Counted from the stretch's first letter, positions 1-12,318 are shown. The stretch: 64,000 nt of DNA from an uncultured Gemmatimonadaceae bacterium (GCA_963829055.1 CAWHHI010000004.1:448001-512000), one strand, 5' to 3'. Numbers and translations: made by a program. Notes: generated from the letters alone by a model not told the origin.

Positions 1-1512
1 GGTTGGCCGAGCCGCGCGACGAGCTGGGCGGTGCGCGGCGTCGCGTCAGGCGGCGCGTCGAGCGCGCGCATCGTGCTCACGACGACCTCGAACGGCGACT
101 TCACCTTGGCGCGGAATGCGGCCCGCGAGAAGAACTCGGGCGACGTGACGATCGTGCGCACGACCTCGCGAATGTCACCGTTCGTTCGCGTGAACGTCGC
201 CGCGGCGCGGTCGACGAGCGCCTGCGGCGGCGTGTCGCTCACGAAGCGAACCGCGAGCTTCCGCGCAATGAACTTCGCGGTGGACGGGATGCCGCGCGAG
301 GATGTCGAGCACTTCCTCGCCGTCCTCGATGCCGCGGCCCGCTTTCAGCTTGTGGCCGAGGACGACCTTTGCCTCGGCGTCGTGCACCTCGGGGCGGAAG
401 ACGAACTCGCCGGCGGCATCGGTGTCCTGCATGCGTTCGCGCGAATCCGACGGACACGCGGGTCCTGCGGCGAGCATCGAGCGAGCTGGCGAGGAGGGCG
501 GATGCTCCATCCGGTGAGCGCGCGTGCGACCTCGATGACGTCCTTCTGCGTGTACCCGCCATCGACGCCGAGCGTGTGCAGCTCCATGAGCTCGCGCGCG
601 TAATTCTCGTTGAGGCCACGGGGCCGGCGCGGCGCAGCCGGCACCGGGAACGGGAACCGGGAACCGACTTGCCAGCAGCTTGTTGTCCCCGACGACGGGT
701 TCCTCGCCCGGCTCTTCCCCGGTTCCCGGTTCCCGCTGCCCTGTTCCCGCCGCGCGGCGGACGCAGCGTGCTGCGTCCGCTGTCGGCGACACTCTGCGCA
801 TTGTCGAGATAGAACAGCATCGCCGGACTCTTCGCCACCGCGCCTAGCAGGTCGCGGAAGTGACCGAGCGCGTTAGGCCGGATGACGTCGCGGTCGTACG
901 ACGTCAGATACCAGCGCGTCTGACCCTTGCCGGCGAACACCGTGAAGTGATTCTCCCAGAAGTCGACCATGACTTCCTGGAGCTGGCGCTCGCTCATCAC
1001 CGCTCGCGCGACGCGGGACGACGTCAGCTCGGCCACGAACTGGTTCGAGCGCCGCGCCTGCTGCAGCAGCTGCAGCGAGTCGGCGAGCGTCGTCCGACCG
1101 GATCGCTGCATGGAGTCTCGGCGCGCGAGCGGCGCGAAGCAGCGCGGCGGGAGGGAACTGCTTGTAGATGCTCCGCGGAGCTCAGCGACAGCGTGCGATA
1201 GCGCGCGAGGAACTGAGTCCGTCGCGGAGTCGTCGATGCGCTCCGGATGAAGCTGCGCGTCGATCCACGGTCGACACCCATGGCTCTGCACGCGCGTCAG
1301 CATCGCCCGGACGCGCACCGAACGTCGAGTCGGCTCAGCGCCTGCGCCACCTGCTGCGCTGGCATCGAGCTCGCGCAGTACCGCTCGACGCGTGAGCCGA
1401 CACGGGGCGCGCGCGAGGCAGCCGCGCGGGAGGCGCAGCTCGCCGCGCCGTACACAGCGGCACGCACGTACGAACAGGCGAGCAGTGCGAGCGTGACGAG
1501 ACGTCTTCGCAT
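1..1512 (-). CDS. DUF1800 family protein (runs off window start; frameshifted)
   Basis: Motifs across frames: [87 protein letters not shown]; signal-like N-terminus [13 protein letters not shown]. Confidence 0.85.
646..748. repeat. Heptamer-type inverted repeat (GGGAACC units ... GGTTCCC units) inside DUF1800 gene
   Basis: gggaacgggaaccgggaacc at 646-665 and ggttcccggttccc at 721-734. Confidence 0.6.
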
Positions 1513-1677
1513 GAGAGCCGACGCGGTTGGATAGTCCTCGAGGTAGACGACTCGCTGGTGCAACGCTCGTTAAGCCGTCGCGGCCGTGCTCGGCCTTGGC
1601 CTTCTCCTTGCCCAACTCGACCATGCGCGCGCGAGATCGTCGCGCGCGCGTCGTCCGACTGCAGGAGCCCGCCACCG

Positions 1678-2956
1678 ATGATTTCCCCGATCGCCCGACC
1701 CGGTCACCGCACTCGCACGTTCGCTCGACGAGCAGCACGCGCGTGGTCGCTCCGGGCCCGTTCGCTGTGCCTCGCGTGCGTGCTCGCCGCCGCGTGTGAG
1801 GTCGTCGACAGCAAGTCGGCGCGACACGGAAGGCGGAGGCACGGAAGCAGGATACGACTACGGTTACCGGCCGCGGTTCCGGAAAGTGCGCGCGGAACCG
1901 TCGCGATCGACTCGGCGCCCGCGACGCCGGTGACGCCCGCTGACAGCGCTGAGGGCCGGCGTCGCGGACGACACCGGCGTCGTTCGCCTGTATCCGCCGT
2001 CGACCGCGACGCGGCGGCGTCGTGTTCGCGCTCGCCGAAGGCGTGGCCACGCCAACGCCCGCGGTGCACGTGGAAGAGCGCGCCGCTGCCGTGCTATCGC
2101 ACGAGCGATGGAACGTTGCGTCGACCATTCCGTTGCCGGCGGACGAAGACGCGGGGACGTTCACCCTAACGGTGGATCGCCCCGGCGGACGGATTGTGAG
2201 GCAGATCACAATCGCCGATCACGACTTCGGTCGTGAGCTCATCTTTCTCACGGACAGTCGTCTACAAGCGCGCGACGAGCACGCGCGAGATCGCGCGCGA
2301 CGCGAGAGCGGTCAGGGCATCGCTGTCGGTGGAGTCGCCGGACCGGCGGTGGACGCGGGCGGTGGCGCGAGCCGGTGCCGGGTATGAAGAGCACCGGGTA
2401 CGGCGTCGAGCGCTACTACTATCGTGCGACGGATTCCACGCGGTCCATCACCGCTGGACTACGCAGGCGAAGACGCGCGGCACGTTCGCGGGCGATACGA
2501 GCGATGCGCCGCTCACCGGCGCGCCGTCGTGGCGACATGCGGGCGTCGACCTCCCCGCGAAGCGCGGCGCGACCGTCATTGCGCCCGCGGCCGGGTCGTG
2601 GTCGCGATGTGGGCGAGTACGTGCTGTCAGGTCGCACGGTGCTCGTGGATCACGGCCAGGGCGTCGTGTCGGCCTACTTCCATCTCGACACGGCGACGGT
2701 CTCGAAGGGCGACATCGTGCGCGCCGGCGACCGCATTGGCCGCGTGGGATCGACCGGCCTCGCGACCGGGCCGCATTTGCACTTCGGCGTCTACCTCCAC
2801 GGGAAGGATGTCGACCCGGTCGCGTGGCGAGACATGCCGCTGGTCGTGGATGACTCGACAGACGTGAGAGACTCTGGCAGCTGGTGGCTCGGCGCTGATG
2901 GACCGTCAAAGGGGTCAGAGTCGCATCAAGCGACTCTGACCCCAGCTACCAGCTAG
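1678..2956 (+). CDS. M23 family metallopeptidase, probable lipoprotein (frameshifted)
   Basis: HAGVDL motif, GRTVLVDHGQGVVSAYFHL, GRVGSTGLATGPHLHFGV (HxH); lipobox-like LAAAC. Confidence 0.85.
2911..2943. repeat. REP-like hairpin GGGGTCAGAGTCGC-ATCAA-GCGACTCTGACCCC at convergent gene ends
   Basis: Perfect 14-bp stem with 5-nt loop read directly. Confidence 0.85.
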
Positions 2957-3672
2957 CGCCGCTCAGCTCGGTCCCGGTCTCGCGGAGCACGTAGCCGACG
3001 CCTCGCACGGTGTGCACGAGCGGCGATGCGCCGTCGGTCTCGAGCTTCTTTCGGAGGTAGTTGATGTAGACGTCGACGATGTTCGTCGTCGGGTCGAACG
3101 GCTGCTTCCACACCTGCTCCGAGATCTGCTCGCGCGTGACCGGAATGCCCGCGTGTCGCATGAGGTACTCGAGCAGCGCGTACTCCTTCTGCGTGAGCGC
3201 GAGCTTGCGGCCCGCGCGCGTGACCTCGCGCGAGATCGGATCGATCGACAGGTCGCCGACGCGCATCATCGTCTCGCCTGCGCGAATCGATGCGCGACGC
3301 AGCAGCGCCTTCACGCGAGCGAGCAGCTCATCGTAGTCGAACGGCTTCGCGAGGTAGTCGTCGGCGCCCGCGTCGAACCCCGTGACTTTGTCCGACACGG
3401 TGTCGCGCGCGGTGAGCATGAGCACGGGCGCGGTGAAGGCCCGATTTCTGAGCTCTCGGGCGACGTGAAGGCCGCTCCGCTTGGGCAGGCCAATGTCGAG
3501 AATGACGAGGTCTGGCCGATGGTCGAGGGCCATTTGCAGTCCGCTGTCGCCGTCATCGGCCGTCAGCACCGAGTACCCGTTGTCGGACAGTGTGCGCTGC
3601 GAGCACGTCGAGCACTTCGCGCCGGTCCTCGACGACGAGTACGGTCGCTGTTGGACGCTCGGTGGTTGCCAT
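2946..3672 (-). CDS. OmpR/PhoB-family response regulator (frameshift near N-terminus)
   Basis: VLVVED, PDLVILDIGLP, VLMLTARD, GADDYLAKPF, LTQKEYALLEYL, IVDVYINYLRKKL, TVRGVGY. Confidence 0.92.
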
Positions 3673-3828
3673 GCGGAGAACATTACGGTTAGCTGCAGCG
3701 CCAGCAAGGCGCGCTTTGGATAACCTCGAGCCACTCCTTGGTCTGATCGCGGACCGGTTCGCGCTGACGCGGTCCGCGACATCGCCCTTGAGCGGACTCG
3801 GCCGGGCCCGTTTCCTTTCGCGCGATGA

Positions 3829-4280
3829 GTGACTCGCGAATCGCGAGCTGGAATCCGAGTGGGGACCGTCGCCGCCGCCGCCACCATCGGCGCCGTGATC
3901 GGACTCGGGCTGCGACACGGCCTCGCGCTGCGGCCGTTCACGTCCGCGGGGCGCGCGCTGCTCGAGAAGCTCGGCGTGCGTCGGGAGCCCATCCGGCGAG
4001 CGCGCTCGTCGGGCTCGCGATCGTTGCGTGCGCGATCATCGTGTTGGGTGTGTGCTTCACAGTTGTCGCTGCGCCGCTACGGGGCTTCGGCTTCTCGTTG
4101 CCGCGATCGTGTTCGGCGCGATCGCGTGGAGCGTGTCCGCGTTCGTTGTGCCCTCCATTCTCGCGTGGAGCACGCGGCGCTGTGCTGGGCACCGCGCAAC
4201 GAGTGTTCATCTTCAGCATGCTCACGATCGCACTCGTGGTCGGTATGCGACTTGCCCGATCGAGCATCCAGATCGACTAG
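3829..4280 (+). CDS. Small hypothetical membrane protein (frameshifted)
   Basis: Several hydrophobic segments spread over two frames. Confidence 0.5.
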
Positions 4281-4452
4281 CATCGAGCTGGACGCACGGA
4301 ATCCAATTGGAACTCCGGAGCGTACACGCAGTATGTGTCGTCAGGCGCGCGCGCGGGGTCTGCCCTCAGTGCGGTGCGAGTCGAGGAACGATCGGCGCTC
4401 CGGACTCGACTTCGAGTCGAGCACCGCGGAGCTTCATTCACAGGGAGGGGTT

Positions 4453-4992
4453 ATGGACATCCTCGTGATGCTCGAGGACAACCCCGAACACTCGACAATG
4501 CTGGCCCACGTGAACTCGGTGCCGGCGCCGCTGAACTCGGAGCGGCCGCCGCGCGATGTGGTGACCCTCTACGGGGTGCCGAGTCCGGAGTCGCTGGCAT
4601 TGGCGCTCGCTGCCGCAGTGGAATCGCGGCGGTTGCCGGAAGAGCGTTCGGACACGATTCGCCACCTCGGCGTGTGGCCGGAGCGTGGCGCAGTCGGAGA
4701 TGCGGCCTGGCGGGATATGAGCACAGGCCAACTGCTGACCCGCGATCTCGAGATCCCGCTCGAGACGCTCGTCGACACGGCGCGGCAGCTGCTCGGCGAG
4801 TGCGGACAGACCATTCGCCGCCTGGTGGCCGGGCTCACAATGCCCGATTGGCCCGAAGGCGCTCGCCGCGCGATCAGCTTTTCGTTTTCCCCCATGGTCG
4901 CGGTCTCGCTGCCCGGGGCGATGCAGATCGACACGATGCTCGAGAGCTTCCGCGAAGCCGACGGGATCACCTTCGATAACGACGGAGACTGA
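4453..4992 (+). CDS. Hypothetical protein
   Basis: ATG after GGAGGGG RBS, protein-like composition, followed by terminator. Confidence 0.65.
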   Translation: MDILVMLEDNPEHSTMLAHVNSVPAPLNSERPPRDVVTLYGVPSPESLALALAAAVESRRLPEERSDTIRHLGVWPERGAVGDAAWRDMSTGQLLTRDLEIPLETLVDTARQLLGECGQTIRRLVAGLTMPDWPEGARRAISFSFSPMVAVSLPGAMQIDTMLESFREADGITFDNDGD

Positions 4993-5020
4993 GACAAGAA
5001 CCCTAATTGTCAGAGCAGTG

Positions 5021-5058
5021 AGAAGGCCGCCGAGCTGAGCTCTGGCGGCCTTTTTCTT
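5021..5058 (+). terminator. Rho-independent terminator
   Basis: AAGGCCGCC...GGCGGCCTTTTTCTT stem followed by T-run. Confidence 0.75.
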
Positions 5059-5188
5059 CGTCGACGGCTACCGGGCAGAAGCGCTGATGGCCGATAGCTG
5101 CCGGCCGATGGCTCACGGGTGCCGTAAGGCCCCTTGACGAACCCGCGACCGCGCGACAAATCCTCGAAAGTCTACGAACCCCAACTCC

Positions 5189-5448
5189 ATGCAAGAGCGC
5201 TCCACTCAGCAGTCACGCCGCCAGTCACCGGGCGGCGCTCGCGTCTTCGCGGATGATGCGGGCGATTGTGGAACGCGTCGCACGCCACTGGCACCGTCGA
5301 TGCGGCGGTCGTGTTCACGTGCATCAGCGACTCGCGGCAGACCGCACGCGCGATCGCCGTCCCCGTCGGCTTCGCCCTGACCGACACCGGCGACGAGTTG
5401 CTCCGCGCCTGGCTTCGCGAGGCACCGCGCATGGGCCTACTCACTTGA
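5189..5448 (+). CDS. Small hypothetical protein (frameshifted)
   Basis: MQERSTQ... joins AVVFTCISDSRQTARAIA...LLRAWLREAPRMGLLT. Confidence 0.45.
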
Positions 5449-5493
5449 GCTCCACCTGAGCTGGAATCACCCGAGCAGTCGAGGATACGAGCA

Positions 5494-7610
5494 ATGCGGG
5501 AGTATCGCAGCGCAGACATCCGGAACGTGGCCGTGGTCGGTCACGGAGCGAGCGGGAAGACCACACTGGTCGACGCGCTCGCGTTCGTTTCTGGCTCCAG
5601 CAAGCGCCACGGCTCGGTGAAGGATGGCACCGCGCTCACCGACCACACGGCGGAAGAGATCGACCGCGGGTTCTCGATCAACCTCGGGTGCGCGTTCGCC
5701 GAGTGGATGGACACGAAGATCAACCTGATCGACACGCCGGGGTACCTCGACTTCCAGGGTGACGCGCGTCGCCGGACTCGCCGCCGCGGACGGTGCACTC
5801 GTCGTCGTGAGCGCGACCGCCGGCGTCGAAGTCGGAACGGAGAAGATGTTCCGCGAGGCGGTGAGCCGCGCCGACCCGGTGCTGTTCGTCGTGTCGATGA
5901 TGGACAAGGAGAACGCGAACTTCGACGCGATCTACCAGCAGATCAAACAGCGCCTGACGTCGAAGGTGATCCCGGTCGAAGTGCCGATCGGCAACGGGCC
6001 GGAATTCCGCGGCATCATGAACCTGTTCGCGAAGTGCGCCTACATCTACAAGCCGGGCACGAAGTCGGGCGAGTACGACGAGGTCGACATCCCCGCCGAC
6101 GCGCAGGAGACGTACGATCGCTACCACCAGGAGCTGATCGAAGCCATCTCCGCGACCGACGACACGCTGCTCGAGCGCTATCTCGAGGGTGTCGAGATCG
6201 GGCGCGACGAGGCGATTCACGGGAATGAAGGAAGCGATGAAGCGCGGCGATCTCTTCCCGCTCTTCGTCGTGTCGTCGGAGAAGACGTACGGCATCTCGG
6301 CGCTGCTCACGGAGATCGTGCAGCTCATGCCGTCCGCGTACGAGATGGAGGAGATCCACGCGTTCAAGGGCGCCGAGGGCGACAAGACCGTCGAGATCCA
6401 TGCCGAGGACAACGGCCGTTCTCGGCCCACGTGTTCAAGACGACGTCCGAGCCGCACATCGGCGAGGTCTCGTACTTCCGCATCGTTCTCGGGCACCGTG
6501 TCGAACGGGCAGGAGGTGTACAACGCGACGCGCGACGGCGTCGAGAAGATGGGCCACCTCAGCGTCGCGCAGGGGAAGGACCGCATCGAGGTGCCGATCC
6601 TTCACCCGGGCGACATCGGCTGCGTGGCCAAGCTCCGCAACACGCACACGAACGACACGCTGTCCACGAGGGAGCATCCGGTCCGTCTGCCGCAGATCCA
6701 CTTCCCGGAGCCGATCGTGACGTTCGCGGTGCAGCGCGACGGCGCGGCACGACGAGGAGAAGCTGCAGCAGGGCATTCACCGGCTGCACGACGAGGACCC
6801 GACGTTCGAGACTCGTTATGTGCCGGAGACGCACGAGACGGTCATCAGCGGCATGGGCGAGCGTCACCTCGAAGTCGCGATGTCGAAGCTCAAGCGGAAA
6901 GGCGGGCGTGTCGGCGGAGCTGGCGCGTCCGCGCATTGCCTATCGCGAGACGATCACGGCGAAGGCCGAAGGGCAGGGCCGCCACAAGAAACAGTCGGGC
7001 GGCCGCGGACAGTTCGGCGACTGCTGGATTCGCATGCGGCCCGACGCCGCGCGGCAAGGGCTACGAGTTCATCGATGAGATCGTCGGCGGGTCGATCCCG
7101 AGCAAGTTCATTCCGGCGGTCGACAAGGGCATTCAGGAAGCGTCCGCGCGCGGCGTGCTCGCCGGCTATCCGATGGTCGACTTCGCGGTCGAGCTGTTCG
7201 ACGGCTCGTACCACTCGGTGGACTCGAACGAAATGTCGTTCAAGATGGCGGGCATTCAGGGCTTCAAGACCGTCGCGCCGAAGTGCCGGCCCGTGCTGCT
7301 CGAGCCGCTCGATGAGATCGAGATCTCGACGCCCGATCAGTATCTCGGCGACGTGATGGGCGACATCTCGAGCCGCCGCGGCAGCATCCTGGGCACCGAT
7401 TCACTCGGCGACGCACGTGGGACGCGCGTGCGTGCGGTCGTGCCGCAGGCGGAGCTGCACCTGTACGCGACGGACCTGCACTCGATGACGCACGGCCGCG
7501 GCACGTTCGCGCGGCGCTTCCACGGCTACGAGCAGATGCCGGGCGACGCCGCGCAGAAGGTGATCGAGGAATCGGCGAAGGTGAAAGAAGGCGAGCTCGC
7601 CGAGGTCTGA
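5494..7610 (+). CDS. fusA: Elongation factor G paralogue (EF-G2/FusA2-like; frameshifted)
   Basis: IRNVAVVGHGASGKTTL, INLIDTPGYLDF, GMGERHLEV, HKKQSGGRGQFG, DGSYHSVDSNEMSF, VLLEP, LHSMTHGRG. Confidence 0.92.
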
Positions 7611-7638
7611 CGAGCACAGACGACGGTGGTGGCGACGA

Positions 7639-9709
7639 TCAACGATCGGCAGCCATCACCGTCGCCGTTCCGCCCGACGGCGAACACTCGCGAGTCTATC
7701 TCGCCCGATAAGCCGAGCAGGATCTGCGTGGTGCGTGAGTCGAGCGCCGTCCACGTGCTGCCGTTGAAGCGGAACAGCACCCCGTCCTCGCCAGCGGCGT
7801 AGACGTCGGTGGGCCCCGTGCCCCACACCGCGCGCGAGTGCCTTCGTCGTCGGGTTGGGCAGCGCGTACCAGCGCACGCCGTCGTAGCGAAGCACGGTCC
7901 CACCTTCGCCGACGGCGAAGACATCGTTCGACCCAGCTGCCCCACACGGCGCGCAGCAGGAACGCCGTGCCGCTGGCCATGGACGTCCACCGCGAGCCGT
8001 CGAAGTGGATGATCGTGCCGGTGTCGCCAACGGCGTACACGTCGTTAGGCGCGCTGCCCCACACGCTGCGCAGGAACCGCGTCGTGGGGCTCGTCACGGA
8101 CGACACTGCCTCGCCGTTGGCGCGGAGGATCGTGCCTTCGGCACCGACGATGTAGCGTCAGGTCGCGATCGATCGTCCAGACTGACCGGAGCAGCAGCGG
8201 ATCGCGGGCTCGCGATCGACGACCAGCGCGACGCCGTCGTAGTGCAGCACGGTTCCTGTGTCACCGACGGCATAGACGTTCGTCGGCCCACTGCCGTTCA
8301 CGCCGTAGAGATCGTTCGCCGGAGGAACCGGGCTCCGGTTTCCAGTCCCGATGCGTCACGCCGCAGCACGAGACCGCCGAGGCCGACGGCGTACACCGCT
8401 TCCCGAGCCCGAGCCCAGACGGAGAAGAGCGTGGGCGCGGTAACGAGCGTGCTCCAGGTTCGGTGATGCCGCCACGCGCGACCGTGCCCGACCATCCGGC
8501 GACGAACGATCTGGCCACCAGCGCCCCACACCGCGCGGAGGTTCTGGCGCGATGGCGACGTTCGCGACCGTGGACCAGCGACGCGCCGTCGAAGTGGATG
8601 ATCTCGCCGGTGTTGCCGACGGCGTACACGTCGTTAGGCGCACTGCCCCAGATGCCGAACAGGTGCTTTCGTCGTCGGACTCACGACGTTCTGCCAGTTC
8701 GTTCCGTCGAAGTGAAGCACCATGCCCTCCACGCCGACGGCGTAGACATTGTTAGGCGTCGCGCCCCACACGCCGAACAGCGCGGTGGTCGTAGGGCTCG
8801 GCATCGCCGTCCACGCGGTTCCGTCGAAGCGAAGGATCGCGCCATTCTGGCCCACGGCCATGAGATTCGTCGGTGACCAGCCCCAGACGCCCCAGATCTC
8901 GGTATTGCCGTTGTTCGTCATCGGCGACCACTGCGTGCCGTCGAATCGGAGCATCGAGCCGCCGGCACCAACGGCGTAGACGTGGGTGGCGTCGAGCCCC
9001 CACACCTCGAGCAGCGTGTTCGGGCGTGCCGCTCGCCATCGCGGTCCACGCCGCGCCGTCGTAGTGCAGCATGAGACCGTTCGTGCCGACGGCGAACACG
9101 TTCGACTCGCTCGTGCCCCAGATTCCCGACGATGGTTTCGCGCGTGCCCGTCGCCATGGTGCTCCAGCCGCCACCCGTCCAGCGGAGGATGATGCCCTCC
9201 TGCCCGCCGGCGAATACGGACGTCGGACTCGCCGCCCACACCGCGAGCAGCGACACCTCGGTCAGTCCCTGCGTATCCAGCCCCCACGTCTTCACGGGTC
9301 GCTGGCCGGAGACGATCGTGACCGACGACGTCGATTTGAACGAGCCGACGCTGCCGGTGACCTGAGCGCTCCCGTTCGCGAGCGCGGTCAACACTCCGGC
9401 TGTGGACACGCTCGCCTTCGAGGGGTCCGAGACGGTCCACTTCGGCGTCATCTCGTCGGTGATGGTGCCGTCGGCTTTGCGGCCGAAGATCTGGAGCGGT
9501 GCGGTCGCTCCGACTTCGAGGTAGAGCGAGGCGGGGTGCACTTCGACGGCCGTAATGCCCGGGCCGACGCCTGCGGGCTCGTCGCCGTTGCAGGCCATTG
9601 CGCCGGTCAGAGCCGCGACGAGGAGGACGCCGAACGTGACGCGCGCGGCTGCCTGCAACTTCCGGCGGTGCGGCGACAGCGGCGACAGAGCTGGGGCCGG
9701 AAGCGTCAT
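7639..9709 (-). CDS. Lipoprotein with Ig-like domain and ~40-aa beta-propeller-type repeats (frameshifted)
   Basis: GAMAC lipobox; WTVSDPSKASVSTAGVLTALANGSAQV Ig-like segment; many L..VWG...NDVYAVG..G.ILHFDG..W repeats. Confidence 0.75.
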
Positions 9710-9903
9710 CGACGTCTGGCTCGACCGTGGTGCGTTGAATTCATCAATGCGGTAGTACAGGGAGACTCGGCGGCGGAGCCGAACGTCAAACCGCCGTGCT
9801 GGTACGGGAACGTATGTACCAGCACGGCGAAATACACCGCCTATCTCAAAGTAGCTCGCACCCGAGGCGAGCTCTACGAACGCACTGACCTATTGGACGC
9901 TCG

Positions 9904-10309
9904 TTATGACTTCTTGAGCCACTCCGCGACACCCTTGTGTCCCGAGCACGCACCCTGTCGCTCGGCTTTCGAGTAGAACGTCCCGTCGTTGCAACGCGCG
10001 GTTGCCCCCTTGGGTACGGCACTACTGGCGGTCGTGAGCCATTCGCCGACCCCACCGTGCGACGAGCACGCGCCCTGCCGAGAAGCGCCGCTGTACATCG
10101 TTCCATCCTTGCACTTCGCGCGTTGCGCCGCGGGCGCTGGAGTTTGAGCGGCGGTGCGGAGTCTGTGTCGCTGACGTCGCCGCAGCCGGTGTAGCCGGCG
10201 TGGCGTTCTTCGCGGCAGCGGACCCTTTGGCTGGAGTGCCCTGAGCGAACAGGGCGAACGGCGCTGTGGCGATCAGTGCGAGTACGAGTGAGATGCGGGT
10301 AATGCGCAT
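9904..10309 (-). CDS. Secreted DUF3761-type protein with two Cys/His repeats (frameshifted)
   Basis: Signal peptide; two copies of C.DGT..S...RQGACS.H.GV.EWL. Confidence 0.7.
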
Positions 10310-10410
10310 GTGATCTCCGGACGAGGGGATCGGGCGGGTTGGATCGACGGCCACTCGCACGGTGCACCAGCGCCCCTAACGACGGAATGAACGAAGTCCG
10401 GGTCACAATT

Positions 10411-10446
10411 GTAATTGGGGTCAGACTCGAGTCTGACCCCAATTAC
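10411..10446. repeat. Perfect 36-bp palindrome GTAATTGGGGTCAGACTCGAGTCTGACCCCAATTAC
   Basis: Read directly; shares GGGGTCAGA/TCTGACCCC core with 2911-2943. Confidence 0.9.
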
Positions 10447-10471
10447 GTAGGAGATGCCGGCCGCTCAGCTC

Positions 10472-10939
10472 TTACCGCTTGGTGAGCACCTCGATCACGC
10501 CACCGGGATGCCCCGATCCCCATTTCGTCTGCGCTTCCGACGCGCTGAAGTAGCGCAGCGCGGCGATCGATGACGCGGAGATCTGTCGGAGCTGCTCGAC
10601 GTCGCCCATTCGATTGTTATCCATGTAGACGAGCAGCTCGCCGGTCGCCTGTGCGTTCGCGGATGCGACCTGGCGCGGGCTCAACATCGCGGGACGCAGC
10701 TTTTGCACAGCCTCGTAGGCGTTCTGCACGCTCGCCCGCGAAATCTCATCGGCGGTGATGAGATTCGGGTTTCCCTTCGCGCCACCGCTGCCGCCGCCTG
10801 AGGACGACGCGCACGCGGCCACGCCAAGCACCACGATCGTGGCGACGCACGCGATGGTGAGTCGCGCGCCAGCGTGCCGACTCAGGGATGCACTCGGGAC
10901 TCGACGACCATCGCCCATCTCACCAGAGATCCCCGGCAT
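10472..10939 (-). CDS. Small lipoprotein with stand-alone TonB-receptor plug-like domain
   Basis: VAAC lipobox; NLITADEI..AYEAVQKLRP; LVYMDN; LRQISASSIAALRY...KWG..HPGGVIEVLT. Confidence 0.65.
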   Translation of the reverse strand: MPGISGEMGDGRRVPSASLSRHAGARLTIACVATIVVLGVAACASSSGGGSGGAKGNPNLITADEISRASVQNAYEAVQKLRPAMLSPRQVASANAQATGELLVYMDNNRMGDVEQLRQISASSIAALRYFSASEAQTKWGSGHPGGVIEVLTKR

Positions 10940-11130
10940 GATTCGCTCTCCTCGGCGCTCGGCGCCCGATGCACGCGCTGCGTGCTGGTCTGAACTTGCC
11001 ACACCTGACAGGCGGGACACCCCCGCCCGGAACGCCCTGACCCTACGACGCGTGCACGACGGGCGCAAGCATGAACGAGAACGGCCGCCGAATCGCTCGG
11101 CGGCCGTTCGTTGTGTGCGGGACGATGGCA

Positions 11131-12318
11131 CTAACCAGTCGCCGAACGACGACGTGGAACTTTGCCGTTCTTCCCAGTTCGCTCTTTGCTCTTCTGCGCC
11201 GACTGTCCGACGGCGATCGGCACGATGTCCGGTACGTCAACCGGCTCGTTGCCGCAGCCGCCACCCTGCTTCGGCTGCTTGTACACGTACCGCTCGCCCT
11301 GGTAGTTGCGGAACGTGACCGAGTCCTCGGTAATCTCCTCCACGTACTCCGGCAGCAGCGGCACCTTGCCGCCTCCACCAGGCGCGTCGATCACGAAATG
11401 CGGGACCGCGAGACCTGACGTCCAGCCGCGCAGTGCCTTGATGATCTCGAGGCCTTTCTGGACCGTCGTGCGGAAGTGCTCACCGCCCGCGACCTGATCG
11501 GCCATGTAGATGTAGTAGGGACGCACGCGCGCTTTGAGCAGCTCGTGCATCAACTTCATCATGATCTTGGGGTCGTCGTTCACGCCGCGCAGCAGCACGG
11601 TCTGGCAGCCGAGCGGGATGCCGGCCTTCGAGAGCATGTCGAGCGCCTGACGCACGCGCGGCGTGAGCTCGTCGGGATGGTTGAAGTGGGTGTTCATGTA
11701 CACCGGATGGTACTTCTGCACCATCTCGCAGAACTCCGGCGTTATGCGCTCGGGGAGGTGCGAGGTGATGCGGCTTCCGATGCGGATGATCTCGACGTGC
11801 GGGATCGCGCGCAGGTTCTGAAAGAGATACTCGAGGCGTCGATCGCTGAGCATCATCGGGTCGCCGCCGGACATGATGACGTCGCGGATCTCCGGATGCT
11901 GCCGGATGTACTCGAACGCCGACTCGTACTGGTTGAGTGGAATCTTCTCGGGGTCGCCGACCTTGCGACGCCGCGTGCAGAAGCGGCAGTAGCTCGCGCA
12001 GACGGGGCTCACGAGGAACAACACGCGATCCGGATACCGGTGCGTGATGTTCGGCACAGGCGAGTCCGCGTCCTCATCGAGCGAGTCGATGACTCCGTCG
12101 ACGATGTCGAGCTCCTGAACCGTCGGGACATACTGCTGCCACATGGGGTCGCCGACGCTCTTGATCTGGTCGAGCGCGGACGGCGTGATGCGCATCTGAA
12201 AGTTCTCGAATGCCGGACGCAGCGCTTCGACATCAATGACGTCGTGCCCGAATTTTTCCGCCAGCTTGTCCAGCGTAGCAACGGCGTCGTCTTTCAGGAT
12301 CTTCTGCCACTCGCTCAT
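11131..12318 (-). CDS. kamA: Lysine 2,3-aminomutase (KamA-family radical SAM/PLP enzyme)
   Basis: ITHRYPDRVLF, CASYCRFCTRRR (CxxxCxxC), SGGDP, THFNHP, QTVLLRGVND, RPYYIY..D, FVIDAPGGGGKVP. Confidence 0.93.
   Translation of the reverse strand: MSEWQKILKDDAVATLDKLAEKFGHDVIDVEALRPAFENFQMRITPSALDQIKSVGDPMWQQYVPTVQELDIVDGVIDSLDEDADSPVPNITHRYPDRVLFLVSPVCASYCRFCTRRRKVGDPEKIPLNQYESAFEYIRQHPEIRDVIMSGGDPMMLSDRRLEYLFQNLRAIPHVEIIRIGSRITSHLPERITPEFCEMVQKYHPVYMNTHFNHPDELTPRVRQALDMLSKAGIPLGCQTVLLRGVNDDPKIMMKLMHELLKARVRPYYIYMADQVAGGEHFRTTVQKGLEIIKALRGWTSGLAVPHFVIDAPGGGGKVPLLPEYVEEITEDSVTFRNYQGERYVYKQPKQGGGCGNEPVDVPDIVPIAVGQSAQKSKERTGKNGKVPRRRSATG

Noticed and set aside
11131..12318. EpmB of the EF-P modification pathway
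   Set aside because: No efp or epmA nearby; the gene is translationally coupled to GNAT and ligases.
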